Of a DNA stretch of 64,000 nucleotides, positions 8,056 to 16,792 are shown in pieces. The notes under the pieces were generated by a model, which worked only from the letters and a program-made list of their open reading frames with translations, made no database searches and was not told where the DNA came from. Position 1 is the stretch's first letter. The number at the start of each line of letters is the position of its first letter. The stretch is taken from sequence record NC_009760.1; one strand, given 5' to 3'. Made by a program: the position numbers and the translations under genes.

Positions 8056-8235
8056 ATGAGCCAAGACATGAAGTACAAGCCATCTCCAAAGAAATGCCCT
8101 CCTCCATTACCTGTTGCACCGAAAGTACGCATCGTAGAAGATGGAATGAGCGCAACTGCTATGGTAATCCTTTCGTTATCAATACCTTTATTGATTATGT
8201 TGGTTGCCGGCATTCTTGAGGTTATAGGAGGATAA
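8056..8235 (+). CDS. Small membrane protein, 59 aa (not in ORF track)
   Basis: GGAGG RBS. Pro/Lys-rich N-terminus and C-terminal hydrophobic helix AMVILSLSIPLLIMLVAGILEVI. Its last codons form the next RBS. Confidence 0.75.
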   Translation: MSQDMKYKPSPKKCPPPLPVAPKVRIVEDGMSATAMVILSLSIPLLIMLVAGILEVIGG

Positions 8236-8237
8236 TT

Positions 8238-8966
8238 ATGGAAATCGAGAAAGAAGAAATCATTGACGACGAAGAAGTATGGGATGATGAAGAAGAACAG
8301 AATGTTCCTGTCCTCGTCACAAAGGTAGACGGTGTTCAGCTCCCTATGGGCTGGGGTCAATCCGCAACGAATATGGACGAAGTACGCAAGCATAGACAGT
8401 CGTTTAACTTGAAGCATGGTATGTTTGCAAACGTACCGATGGTGTGTAAAGGTGCAGACTGTCCGATGCACGCTATGTGTACTGTCCCTCTAAACAATCG
8501 TCCTGTCGGTGGTCGTTGTCCGATTGAGATAGCGGCGATCATTGATAGATACGATAAGTATTATGAGGAACTTGGACTTGGCCCCGAAGATTACTTTGAC
8601 CAATCACAGGTAAAAGACCTTGTAGATGTCGAAGTAAAACTCCTACGTGCAAACGGTCATCTCGCAACGAGTGCTAGTTTCATAGAACAAGTTGTCACTG
8701 CTGTTGACGAGAACGGTAATGCTCACTACCGTCCGGAACTAAACAAAGCAACAGAGTACGAAGAGAAACTGTTATCACGTAAGAGTAAGATACTATCTGA
8801 CCTAAACGCTACACGTAAAGCGAACAAGTCAGATACTAGCGTCAATGACCCATCATCATTCGCAGCGGACTTAATGCGTCGTGCGCAGAAAGCTCGACAA
8901 GCTACAGTTATTGATGTCGATGATGAGAATGTCGATGACGACTCACAATATGGTGGTGAAGAATAA
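8238..8966 (+). CDS. Putative terminase small subunit, 242 aa
   Basis: NLKHGMFA resembles the NxxKHG motif of Firmicutes small terminases, followed by a helical oligomerisation-like region. Lies upstream of terL. Confidence 0.5.
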   Translation: MEIEKEEIIDDEEVWDDEEEQNVPVLVTKVDGVQLPMGWGQSATNMDEVRKHRQSFNLKHGMFANVPMVCKGADCPMHAMCTVPLNNRPVGGRCPIEIAAIIDRYDKYYEELGLGPEDYFDQSQVKDLVDVEVKLLRANGHLATSASFIEQVVTAVDENGNAHYRPELNKATEYEEKLLSRKSKILSDLNATRKANKSDTSVNDPSSFAADLMRRAQKARQATVIDVDDENVDDDSQYGGEE

Positions 8967-9550
8967 TGGGAGCAAAAACAGGTTTCTTAAAAGGGTTAGT
9001 TAGTAACCAAGCAATCGAGAATGTACCAGTATTCAATAAGTTACTTCCGCAAGGGAACTTAGGTATTCGAGATGGTGGCGCTCAAATCAAAGGCGCATAC
9101 GCTGGCGCTCGCGCCGACAAAGCTCGTATCAAAGGATATAAGCAACGTGCTGCGGAACAAGACAAGAACTTAGCAGAAGCAGTTGCACTCAATGAAAAAG
9201 GTGTAACGAGTGACGACATGTTAGCGATGCAACGAACTGCTTTCGATGCGAAGAAAGAACGTTACTTACAACGTGTAAAAGATAACGAAAATCGTTTAAC
9301 AAACCTAGCAGAAGACCGTGGCGGTATGGTATCTAGTGGTATCGCTGGTATGGCAAAAGGTGTCGGCGGTTACTTCGCTGCTTCTGATATGCGTGGTATG
9401 AGTGGTCGTGCGATGACGGCGGCAGTTCGTACAGGTACAGCCGGTGCTGCTTATATGGGAGCAAATGCAGGATTACGTTACTTGTCCGGCGGAGGCTTAA
9501 CATACAACAATCAGGGAGAGCGTGACATCGCAGGTATCCCATTCATTTAA
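8966..9550 (+). CDS. Gly/Ala-rich putative virion protein, 194 aa
   Basis: TAATG coupling. Basic helical N-half and Gly/Ala-rich C-half. Confidence 0.75.
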   Translation: MGAKTGFLKGLVSNQAIENVPVFNKLLPQGNLGIRDGGAQIKGAYAGARADKARIKGYKQRAAEQDKNLAEAVALNEKGVTSDDMLAMQRTAFDAKKERYLQRVKDNENRLTNLAEDRGGMVSSGIAGMAKGVGGYFAASDMRGMSGRAMTAAVRTGTAGAAYMGANAGLRYLSGGGLTYNNQGERDIAGIPFI

Positions 9551-9563
9551 GAGGTGATTCCAT

Positions 9564-10310
9564 ATGATAATGTGGGCAATAAACAAAACTATGGAAGCCG
9601 CTATGAAGACCGCTTGGAAACCAGTACGTAGTTTCTACGATGGTGCAAGTGGAACGAAGAAGTTTTTGAACGAAGCAGGGGAACAGGTAAAACTGAACCC
9701 TGCTCAAAAACTTGCACAGCGGTTGAAGAATGATGTAAAACAAATCGGGTCAGGGAAACGTCGTGACCTAAAAGGGAATATCATTGAGGAAGACTTAAAT
9801 GCATTCGACAGACATGTAACCAACCGCATTGGCGGAGCATTACACTTAGTCGGTGATGCTACGGTAGGTACACTAGCTACTGGTCTAGGCTGGGGCGCTC
9901 GTACAATTGGAGGCGGAGCTTTAGCGATGGGAGCAATGGCATTTAGACCTACGATGAAAGGTGTCGGTCATGTAACCAAACAGTCGATTGATTTAGTTGG
10001 TGATACAGCGTTAGGTGCTGCTGATCTTGTTCATCAAATGAATAAGTCTACGACAGGACGTAACTTACTATTCGGCGCAGGGTTTGCTGGTGTCGCAGGA
10101 ACAAGTGCATTCAATTCGAATATGCTCGCTCCTGAGAACTATCGTGGAGGAGAAAGTGCAATCAAACTCGCAATGAAGAACATGTACGACGGAGAGAAGT
10201 TAGATGCCCTTCCGGGTACGATAGGGGATACGCAAGTCGTACAACGTAATCCACTAGACAATATGGGTGCAGATGGAGACTTAGTGTTTGCTATGCACAA
10301 TATGAGGTGA
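9564..10310 (+). CDS. Gly/Ala-rich putative virion or membrane protein, 248 aa
   Basis: GAGGTGA RBS. Glycine-zipper-like hydrophobic segments (GTLATGLGWGARTIGGGALAMGAMAF). Confidence 0.75.
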   Translation: MIMWAINKTMEAAMKTAWKPVRSFYDGASGTKKFLNEAGEQVKLNPAQKLAQRLKNDVKQIGSGKRRDLKGNIIEEDLNAFDRHVTNRIGGALHLVGDATVGTLATGLGWGARTIGGGALAMGAMAFRPTMKGVGHVTKQSIDLVGDTALGAADLVHQMNKSTTGRNLLFGAGFAGVAGTSAFNSNMLAPENYRGGESAIKLAMKNMYDGEKLDALPGTIGDTQVVQRNPLDNMGADGDLVFAMHNMR

Positions 10311-10315
10311 TGTAA

Positions 10316-10795
10316 GTGGGAGCAATTAAAAGTTTCGTATCAGGTATGAGAGGTGCGGGAAAAGGTAGAGGAGCTTCTAACATCGGTGTTATGGCAATCG
10401 GAGGAGCCGGTCTTGATGGTGTAACCACATACGCAATGGAACGTGCAGAGAATCCTGACGAATCCAAACTATGGGCTGGAACAAAAGCAGTCGGTACGGC
10501 GGCGGCATGGTTATTCGCTGAACCGTTAATGTGGGGTATTACACTTGGAGAAGGTGCGGCCGCTCTTGGAGGCATGGCACTTGATGAAGCAGAACGAAAT
10601 CGTAAACAACGTAACGAAATTAATATGCACGTACGAGAAGGACGAAGTGGTGAAATGGGAGGAACACTCGGTGGGAACTTCCAAGATTCACAACAAGCGG
10701 CGACGATGCGTCAGAGACAGATGGATTTATTACGTCAGCATCGTATGTCTACCGAAGCTGTACTCGGTAGCGAGGCACGACAACTACATAGGTAG
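10316..10795 (+). CDS. Gly/Ala-rich putative virion or membrane protein, 159 aa
   Basis: GAGGTGA RBS with GTG start. Hydrophobic Gly/Ala segments. Confidence 0.75.
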   Translation: MGAIKSFVSGMRGAGKGRGASNIGVMAIGGAGLDGVTTYAMERAENPDESKLWAGTKAVGTAAAWLFAEPLMWGITLGEGAAALGGMALDEAERNRKQRNEINMHVREGRSGEMGGTLGGNFQDSQQAATMRQRQMDLLRQHRMSTEAVLGSEARQLHR

Positions 10796-10805
10796 GTGAG
10801 GAGTA

Positions 10806-11351
10806 ATGTGGGGGCCAACAGCAGTTGAACTAGGAGAAAAAGAGTACAATAGTTTCAGCATGAGTTCTATCACATCCAATGATACTGTACAGAATTTAGG
10901 TATTTATGCAGGTCTTATGGCGGGTGCAGGTGCAGTCGGATTAGCATACGGCGTTGAAGCGTCGAGTCCTGTGTATGCAGAACAACGACGACAAAATCAA
11001 CAAAGAATGTTAGAAGCACGAAATACGGCGGCACTTCCTGCGCCTGTAGCCGAAGAACCAAAAGATAGTTTAATAGCAAAGGCAGTAGCGTGGAATGACA
11101 ATCGTAGGGAGCAACGTGAAATTAACCAAGCAAAGAAACGTATGGAGAAAAACATGAGTGGTATTAACACGGATGCGCTCCTTAACGTAGATGAGTCAAG
11201 ATACGCTGATGACCTAGCTAGATTAAATCAACAGGCAGATGAGGCATTAAGACAAGAAAAACACTACTACTCTAAAAAGTCTGTTCAACAACTACAAGCG
11301 AAGAATCGTAATGCACTCAAGAATCTAAGAGCGATTACGAGAGCTTTATGA
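10806..11351 (+). CDS. Putative membrane-anchored coiled-coil protein, 181 aa
   Basis: GAGGAG RBS. LGIYAGLMAGAGAVGLAYGV segment followed by charged helices. Confidence 0.75.
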   Translation: MWGPTAVELGEKEYNSFSMSSITSNDTVQNLGIYAGLMAGAGAVGLAYGVEASSPVYAEQRRQNQQRMLEARNTAALPAPVAEEPKDSLIAKAVAWNDNRREQREINQAKKRMEKNMSGINTDALLNVDESRYADDLARLNQQADEALRQEKHYYSKKSVQQLQAKNRNALKNLRAITRAL

Positions 11352-11365
11352 AATAGGTGTCGGCT

Positions 11366-13273
11366 ATGAAAATACTACAAAACGTTTCAGATGAAGTATT
11401 ATCACCTTCCGAGCGTCAGCTATGGGAGACAGAGTATGATGATCTAATTGTACGAACGAAGAAGTGGGCGAGAAGTACAGGTGAGAAATTCACCGAAGAA
11501 GAACTTCACTATTTAGCGATTCTAGATAAACCGAAGTTTTGGGCTGCCGAAACATTGAAATGGTTCTGTCGTGACTATCAAGAACCAATGCTACAAGAGA
11601 TGGCAGACAGTAAACGTACGGTACTACGTCTTGGTCGTCGTCTTGGTAAAACCGAGACGATGTGTATCATGATTCTATGGCACGCCTTTACGCAACCGAA
11701 TAAAGGGCCGAATAACCAGTACGATATTCTTATCATTGCGCCGTATGAGGAACAGGTCGATCTGATATTTAAACGTCTGTCCCAGCTTATTGATATGTCG
11801 GGCGACGTGAATCCTTCTCGTGACATTGATAAACATATCGAACTTCCAAACGGAACTGTTATTCATGGTATCACTGCCGGTTCTAAATCAGGTAGTGGTG
11901 CGGCGAATACCCGTGGACAACGTGCCGACTTAATCGTACTCGATGAGATGGACTACATGGGTGAGTCTGAGATTACCAACATCATGAACATTCGTAACGA
12001 AGCGCCGGAGCGTATCAAGATGATTGTTGCTTCTACGCCATCCGGTCGTCGTGATTCTTATTACAAATGGTGTGTTGGTGCGACAAAGACATATGCACAA
12101 GATGATGAACTAACAAGACAAAACGGTGGTCGTGTTACATACAATGTGAAGATGAAGCCGTGGAAGACACTTGCTGATGGTTCATACGAGTTAAACCAAC
12201 TTGGTGACAAGATGCGTGAAGGTAACGGTTGGACGACGATACATGCACCATCTACCGTTAACCCTGAGTTACTGAAAGTCAACCCGGATACAGGTTTAAC
12301 ATACATCGAAGAGTTACGTCTAGACTTAACAGAGATGCGTTTCATCCAAGAGGTTATGGCGGAGTTTGGCGAAAGTATCTCCGGTGTATTCTTGAAGAAA
12401 CATATCGACATTGCCATCTCTCATGGTGAACGATTAAAGCTAGACTATGCGAAGAAGAAAACTGACCGTGTGAAGAAAGGCCCTCGTATTCTCGGCGTGG
12501 ACTGGGATAAACGTAAAGCCGATACAAACATGGTCGGCGTAGAGTGGGATCCACAAGAACAGTTATTTATTCCGTTCTTCCGTAAAGCAATACCTCGTGG
12601 AGAATTTACATACTCCAATGCGGTAGATGCCATCAAGGAAGCACACTACGACTTTGATTTTGACTACATGATGATTGACGCTGGTCACGGTGAATATCAG
12701 ATTGAACAATTACACATATGGGCTGACAAGTATCAGAAAGGTTTAGCGAAGCGAATCATTCGTCTGAACTTATCTGAGAAAGTAAAAGTAATGGATCCTA
12801 TCACGAAGAAGATGGAGAGCAATCATATTAAGCCATTCATGGTCAATAATGCCGTTCTCATGTTTGAGAGGGAGATGGTTGCACTTGCTCCGAAGGATAG
12901 AGATACCATTGTACAATTTGAATCATATGAGGTAAAATCATGGGGTAGCGATGGACGACCTACGTATACAGATGAGAACGAGCATATTTTAGACTGTATC
13001 GTTTTCGCTTTGTATGGATTTACAAAGTATTATGATGATATACTAAAGGTAACGAAATCGGCAGCAGTTCGAACAATTAACCAACCGCTTGACCGTATGA
13101 GAAGTGACATCAAAGATAGGGACATACAGAAAGAAACAAAGGATGAGAAACAGACACGACGTGTAGCCGCAGCATTAGGTATTAAGCCGAATCGACAACG
13201 CAGTACAGAGAGTAGAAGAGGATATACATCTGTACGTCGGTCTATGGGAATGCCAGCACGGAAGTCCTTCTAA
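11366..13273 (+). CDS. terL: Terminase large subunit
   Basis: Walker A GRRLGKTE, Walker B LIVLDE, coupling motif ASTP, and RNase H-like nuclease motifs ILGVD and HILD. AGGTG RBS favours ATG 11366 over GTG 11357. Confidence 0.95.
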   Translation: MKILQNVSDEVLSPSERQLWETEYDDLIVRTKKWARSTGEKFTEEELHYLAILDKPKFWAAETLKWFCRDYQEPMLQEMADSKRTVLRLGRRLGKTETMCIMILWHAFTQPNKGPNNQYDILIIAPYEEQVDLIFKRLSQLIDMSGDVNPSRDIDKHIELPNGTVIHGITAGSKSGSGAANTRGQRADLIVLDEMDYMGESEITNIMNIRNEAPERIKMIVASTPSGRRDSYYKWCVGATKTYAQDDELTRQNGGRVTYNVKMKPWKTLADGSYELNQLGDKMREGNGWTTIHAPSTVNPELLKVNPDTGLTYIEELRLDLTEMRFIQEVMAEFGESISGVFLKKHIDIAISHGERLKLDYAKKKTDRVKKGPRILGVDWDKRKADTNMVGVEWDPQEQLFIPFFRKAIPRGEFTYSNAVDAIKEAHYDFDFDYMMIDAGHGEYQIEQLHIWADKYQKGLAKRIIRLNLSEKVKVMDPITKKMESNHIKPFMVNNAVLMFEREMVALAPKDRDTIVQFESYEVKSWGSDGRPTYTDENEHILDCIVFALYGFTKYYDDILKVTKSAAVRTINQPLDRMRSDIKDRDIQKETKDEKQTRRVAAALGIKPNRQRSTESRRGYTSVRRSMGMPARKSF

Positions 13274-13412
13274 GGGCTTCCTATTTACGGGGAAGAAAAC
13301 TTCCCCATCTAATGGCTAACATGGTGGCTGTCCTCCACCATGATTGACTGCTTTTCTCTGATAGGCTAGGTGGACACCTCCTCGATCCATCTAGCCCTTT
13401 TCTATTTAGGAG
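13260..13412 (+). promoter_or_regulatory. Four-hairpin intergenic element ending in a terminator-like stem
   Basis: Stems at 13260-13281, 13289-13306, 13320-13342 and 13364-13396. The last is followed by CTTTTCTATTT and has CACCTCCT in its loop. Confidence 0.7.
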
Positions 13413-13420
13413 GGTGAATT

Positions 13421-14716
13421 ATGTCAGGAATGAAACAATGGGAACGGGAGATAATTGAATACCGTCCGTATCTCGGACTTCATCGTGATATATTAAGCTC
13501 GGTTATGAGTAGGAAAGATGAAGACGGACGTATCCCGCCTCCCACACAAGTTGTAAAGAAGGCAGCCTCGCTTCTTGGAATTGATGTAATTGAAAACATT
13601 ATTGCATCACTCAATCGTATCACTCGTTTACTAGAACAACTGGAAACAGCACTAGCCAATGACGAAACATTCTTGGCGTACAAGCAAGCATTAGCAGAGA
13701 AGGACATTGTGAAGGCACGAGAGATTTATACAGACCATCTGTCTAATCTTCACGGGAATCCCGACTTCGATGCGTATCCGATTCTATTAGATGCGGCAAC
13801 AGAGATTGAGAATTATCTCACCTTCTTAAACGGAGAACTGTACGGTGGTAAAGCCGACTTCGGCAACATATCAAGTGTACGCTCACAAGAAGAAGATGAG
13901 GTACTAACGCTGGTGCAGTTTGAATCCGAAGACTTGCAACCGATATTGCTTGAGAATCTAACAGACGATCAACGACAGTTAATCGAGAAGATTATATGGC
14001 AGAACAACGGCGGTGCGCAGACAGTTGAAGAGTATATCGAGATGCTGACGAAAGAGAAGTATGAAAGCGGAAGTCCTCGCATTAACTACAACGAAGTGGC
14101 GATCCGTACGCAAATCATTGCAACAGCAAATGAGAAGTCAGAGTTCTTCAAGAAGATTGCGGACAATACAGATGCGTATGTAGGAAAACGAATGGAAGAA
14201 CATCTCGGCGGTGATATGAAAGGTTCTCTATCGTACCTCGTGAACATAGAAACATCTCTAGAGGATATTAAAGGTTCACTGGCGATTGGATTCAATCATA
14301 GTGCCGACAAGTCAAAAGAAGCATACGTCAATCAGGTTCGTTTAACGAATCAATCGGTGCGTGAGTTCTTAGACATGAAGATGAGTCAGACTCGTAAGAG
14401 GAAGCAGGACTTATCCAATAAGGTTAAGACATTCTATAAGCCGGATGATTATCCTGATAAGGGTGCGCAGTATTTAATGAGTGCCATTGCTGACGGCGTA
14501 GAATCCGTTAACGGTGCATGGACGATGATACTCACTGAGAATATCGGTGCAACGCATATGGCGGCTGACCAAAACGATGTCATATTTGACAACCTACATA
14601 AGAAGCGTCGTAATCAAGAACTCTATAGATACGTCGATGTCGTAGATAAAGAGTTTGATTACGAGAACAAAGAGAAAGAGATGCAGAACTTCTTGAACTC
14701 TCGTAACTTACAATAG
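13421..14716 (+). CDS. Hypothetical helical protein, probably virion-associated, 431 aa
   Basis: AGGAGGGTG RBS. Long ORF within the morphogenesis cluster. Confidence 0.8.
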   Translation: MSGMKQWEREIIEYRPYLGLHRDILSSVMSRKDEDGRIPPPTQVVKKAASLLGIDVIENIIASLNRITRLLEQLETALANDETFLAYKQALAEKDIVKAREIYTDHLSNLHGNPDFDAYPILLDAATEIENYLTFLNGELYGGKADFGNISSVRSQEEDEVLTLVQFESEDLQPILLENLTDDQRQLIEKIIWQNNGGAQTVEEYIEMLTKEKYESGSPRINYNEVAIRTQIIATANEKSEFFKKIADNTDAYVGKRMEEHLGGDMKGSLSYLVNIETSLEDIKGSLAIGFNHSADKSKEAYVNQVRLTNQSVREFLDMKMSQTRKRKQDLSNKVKTFYKPDDYPDKGAQYLMSAIADGVESVNGAWTMILTENIGATHMAADQNDVIFDNLHKKRRNQELYRYVDVVDKEFDYENKEKEMQNFLNSRNLQ

Positions 14717-14786
14717 ACCCACACAATATGTGTGTTTCTATATAGGGGCTAACCCGCTCCATGTTTTACTCGAAGGAGTGTTGTAT

Positions 14787-15992
14787 ATGTCTTACAACAA
14801 ACTTAGCGGCAAACAAATTAAACCGGGCGCACTTGACCAAACGCATTTATCTCCATCTACGAAAATCTCTGAGTCTATGTTAAACGTAGACTGGGCGGCG
14901 AAGGCAAATGAAGCATTAGCATCTAAGCTTATCATTGACTTCGTACAAGTAGCTGGCGTAAAAGCAAACGGAAAGAGTGTCGATGTCACAGCATCTATCT
15001 CTGCTCCGGCTGCTGATGCAGATAACAAAAAAGGTGCAGTTGTTCAAGCCGGTAAAAACAAAGTTATCCTTCGTGATAGCGTAACAGGTGACCCTGTTAT
15101 CTCTGCTGACCATACAGAGGTATACGGTAAACTTGGTTACAGTGGCTCTGTATTCACGGTAGCATTCTTCTACAAAGATGCATCCAAAGCAGAGAAAGAG
15201 TACACATTCGCTTCTGAGAAAACAATCGACTTCCAGTTCCCACAGCGATTCGACTTAGCGACGATTGTAGAAACATTCGCTTCTAACGAGAAGTTCGTTG
15301 ATGGTGCATCTGATGTATCAGCTCGCCTTGATCTTGAGCAAATCGCAAAAGATGCTTTCGGCACAAGCTATACATTAGACCACGACGGAACAGCAAACCG
15401 TGGAAAGTCTCTTGTAGAATCTCTTACAGAAAAGACACAAGGTACATTAAACACGCAGGTAACTGCATCTGATTTAATTGACGAAGTTGTCACTGCAAGA
15501 GGCGGAGAAGATACGCTTGAAGACAGATTGGTGAAACTGGCTGGTAGCAATCAAGAAGTCATTGATGCTCGTAAGTCTACGACATTAGGAGACAAGGCGA
15601 CACTTGATGAGCGACTAGAAGCAGGAGAGCTGATTGTTGATACTATCAAGAAGGACATTACGGCGGCAGTTGGTAATAGTACATTAGCAGCAGTCATCAG
15701 TGACCTTCAAGGTGCAATGGAACAAGCAGGACATTCTCACTTCGCAGAAGATAAGCAAGTATTAGCGGGCGACCCATTGATCGACACAAAACAATATATT
15801 TTACCTGAGGGACGTTTCTACGCTCCGGGTAATAAATCATTGTCTGTTTACATCAACGGTCAGTTGCAAATGGAAGGTGTACATTACACTGAGGTGAAGG
15901 ACTCACAAGACCCTACGAAGGGGATTGGTGTCGATTTCACGCCGGAAGTAATCGTGCAAGATATGGTCATCCAGTTACGCTGGTATAGATAA
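14787..15992 (+). CDS. Virion fibre or decoration protein, 401 aa
   Basis: AAGGAG RBS fits ATG 14787. Two EVxxAR...L..RL coiled motifs and a C-terminal VYING/HYTE module shared with other structural genes. Confidence 0.7.
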   Translation: MSYNKLSGKQIKPGALDQTHLSPSTKISESMLNVDWAAKANEALASKLIIDFVQVAGVKANGKSVDVTASISAPAADADNKKGAVVQAGKNKVILRDSVTGDPVISADHTEVYGKLGYSGSVFTVAFFYKDASKAEKEYTFASEKTIDFQFPQRFDLATIVETFASNEKFVDGASDVSARLDLEQIAKDAFGTSYTLDHDGTANRGKSLVESLTEKTQGTLNTQVTASDLIDEVVTARGGEDTLEDRLVKLAGSNQEVIDARKSTTLGDKATLDERLEAGELIVDTIKKDITAAVGNSTLAAVISDLQGAMEQAGHSHFAEDKQVLAGDPLIDTKQYILPEGRFYAPGNKSLSVYINGQLQMEGVHYTEVKDSQDPTKGIGVDFTPEVIVQDMVIQLRWYR

Positions 15993-16000
15993 AATGATTG

Positions 16001-16028
16001 CTCCGCTAGGATTCTAGCGGGGTTTTTC
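16001..16028 (+). terminator. Intrinsic terminator
   Basis: CTCCGCTAG-GATT-CTAGCGGGG followed by TTTTT. Confidence 0.85.
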
Positions 16029-16040
16029 ATGTTTTCCTCC

Positions 16041-16070
16041 TTGTTTTCTATCGTAAAGTCACGGTATAGT
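16041..16070 (+). promoter_or_regulatory. sigmaA-like promoter upstream of the holin/portal cluster
   Basis: TTGTTT-N18-TATAGT immediately after the terminator. Same GGTATAGT as at 7917-7924. Confidence 0.5.
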
Positions 16071-16128
16071 GGAATCAGAGCTATGTCAATTCTGACAGTG
16101 TATGCTGTCGAAAGGAGGAGAGAGAAGG

Positions 16129-16326
16129 ATGGAACCTACATTAACAAGTGAAAAAGCTGTTAAGATTAAGTGTTGTTTCTGCGAACTAAAAGATACTTGT
16201 ATCCGCCGTGCGCAGAAGGAGAAGTACGAAGAATCCGGCTGGACGACTCGCTGTACTGTTACACCAAACCGTCCGGGAGCAAAGCGTAAGAGCCGTAAAA
16301 AGCGAAAGAAAGCCTTAAAATCGTAA
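16129..16326 (+). CDS. Small Cys-rich, basic-tailed protein, 65 aa
   Basis: AAAGGAGG upstream. CCFC..C..C, then KRKSRKKRKK. Confidence 0.7.
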   Translation: MEPTLTSEKAVKIKCCFCELKDTCIRRAQKEKYEESGWTTRCTVTPNRPGAKRKSRKKRKKALKS

Positions 16327-16430
16327 TGTCATTATTGTTATTCATAGTTACATAGGATAAGATAACAATAGAGGAATGATTGTCGAACCATATACATAGC
16401 TCCATCACTACGTAAGAGGGAGGTGGGAAT

Positions 16431-16733
16431 ATGAACTTTATGGCTGACATGAGTAATCTTGTCGTGATGTTACTTCTTGTGGCATTTCTGACAGAGACAT
16501 TTGTGGAGTGCATTAAGAACTTCGTGATTCAATCGAAGATGAGCGCAAACGTTACTAACGGTGTTGCTGCAATCTTTGGTGTCATGATGTCATTTGTACT
16601 CAAGGTGAGTCTATTCACAGATGAGAATACTGCTGCTTATTACATTGGTATCGTCATCTGCGGATTGGTAGCATCTCGTGGTGCGAACTACGTACATAAC
16701 TTTGTAGGTAACTTACCGAAGAAAGACAAATAG
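16431..16733 (+). CDS. Holin-like membrane protein, 100 aa
   Basis: Three hydrophobic helices, SRGANYVH motif and basic C-tail. GGAGGTG RBS. Confidence 0.65.
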   Translation: MNFMADMSNLVVMLLLVAFLTETFVECIKNFVIQSKMSANVTNGVAAIFGVMMSFVLKVSLFTDENTAAYYIGIVICGLVASRGANYVHNFVGNLPKKDK

Positions 16734-16792
16734 TTTATAGCCTCCGGCTCCTCGGCCGGGGTTATATTCATTGATTCATAGGAGGTTATCAA

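Noticed and set aside
12071-12230. Cys-initiated insertion in terL as a mini-intein
   Set aside because: Too short, with no terminal His-Asn followed by Cys/Ser/Thr. More likely a surface loop.
14730-14786. Upstream extensions in the ORF track (also 16102, 30717, 42122, 1115)
   Set aside because: They overlap terminators, neighbouring genes or the SD itself. Downstream starts have proper SD spacing.
16431-16442. Holin/antiholin dual start (MNFM)
   Set aside because: No basic residue between the methionines and no second SD.
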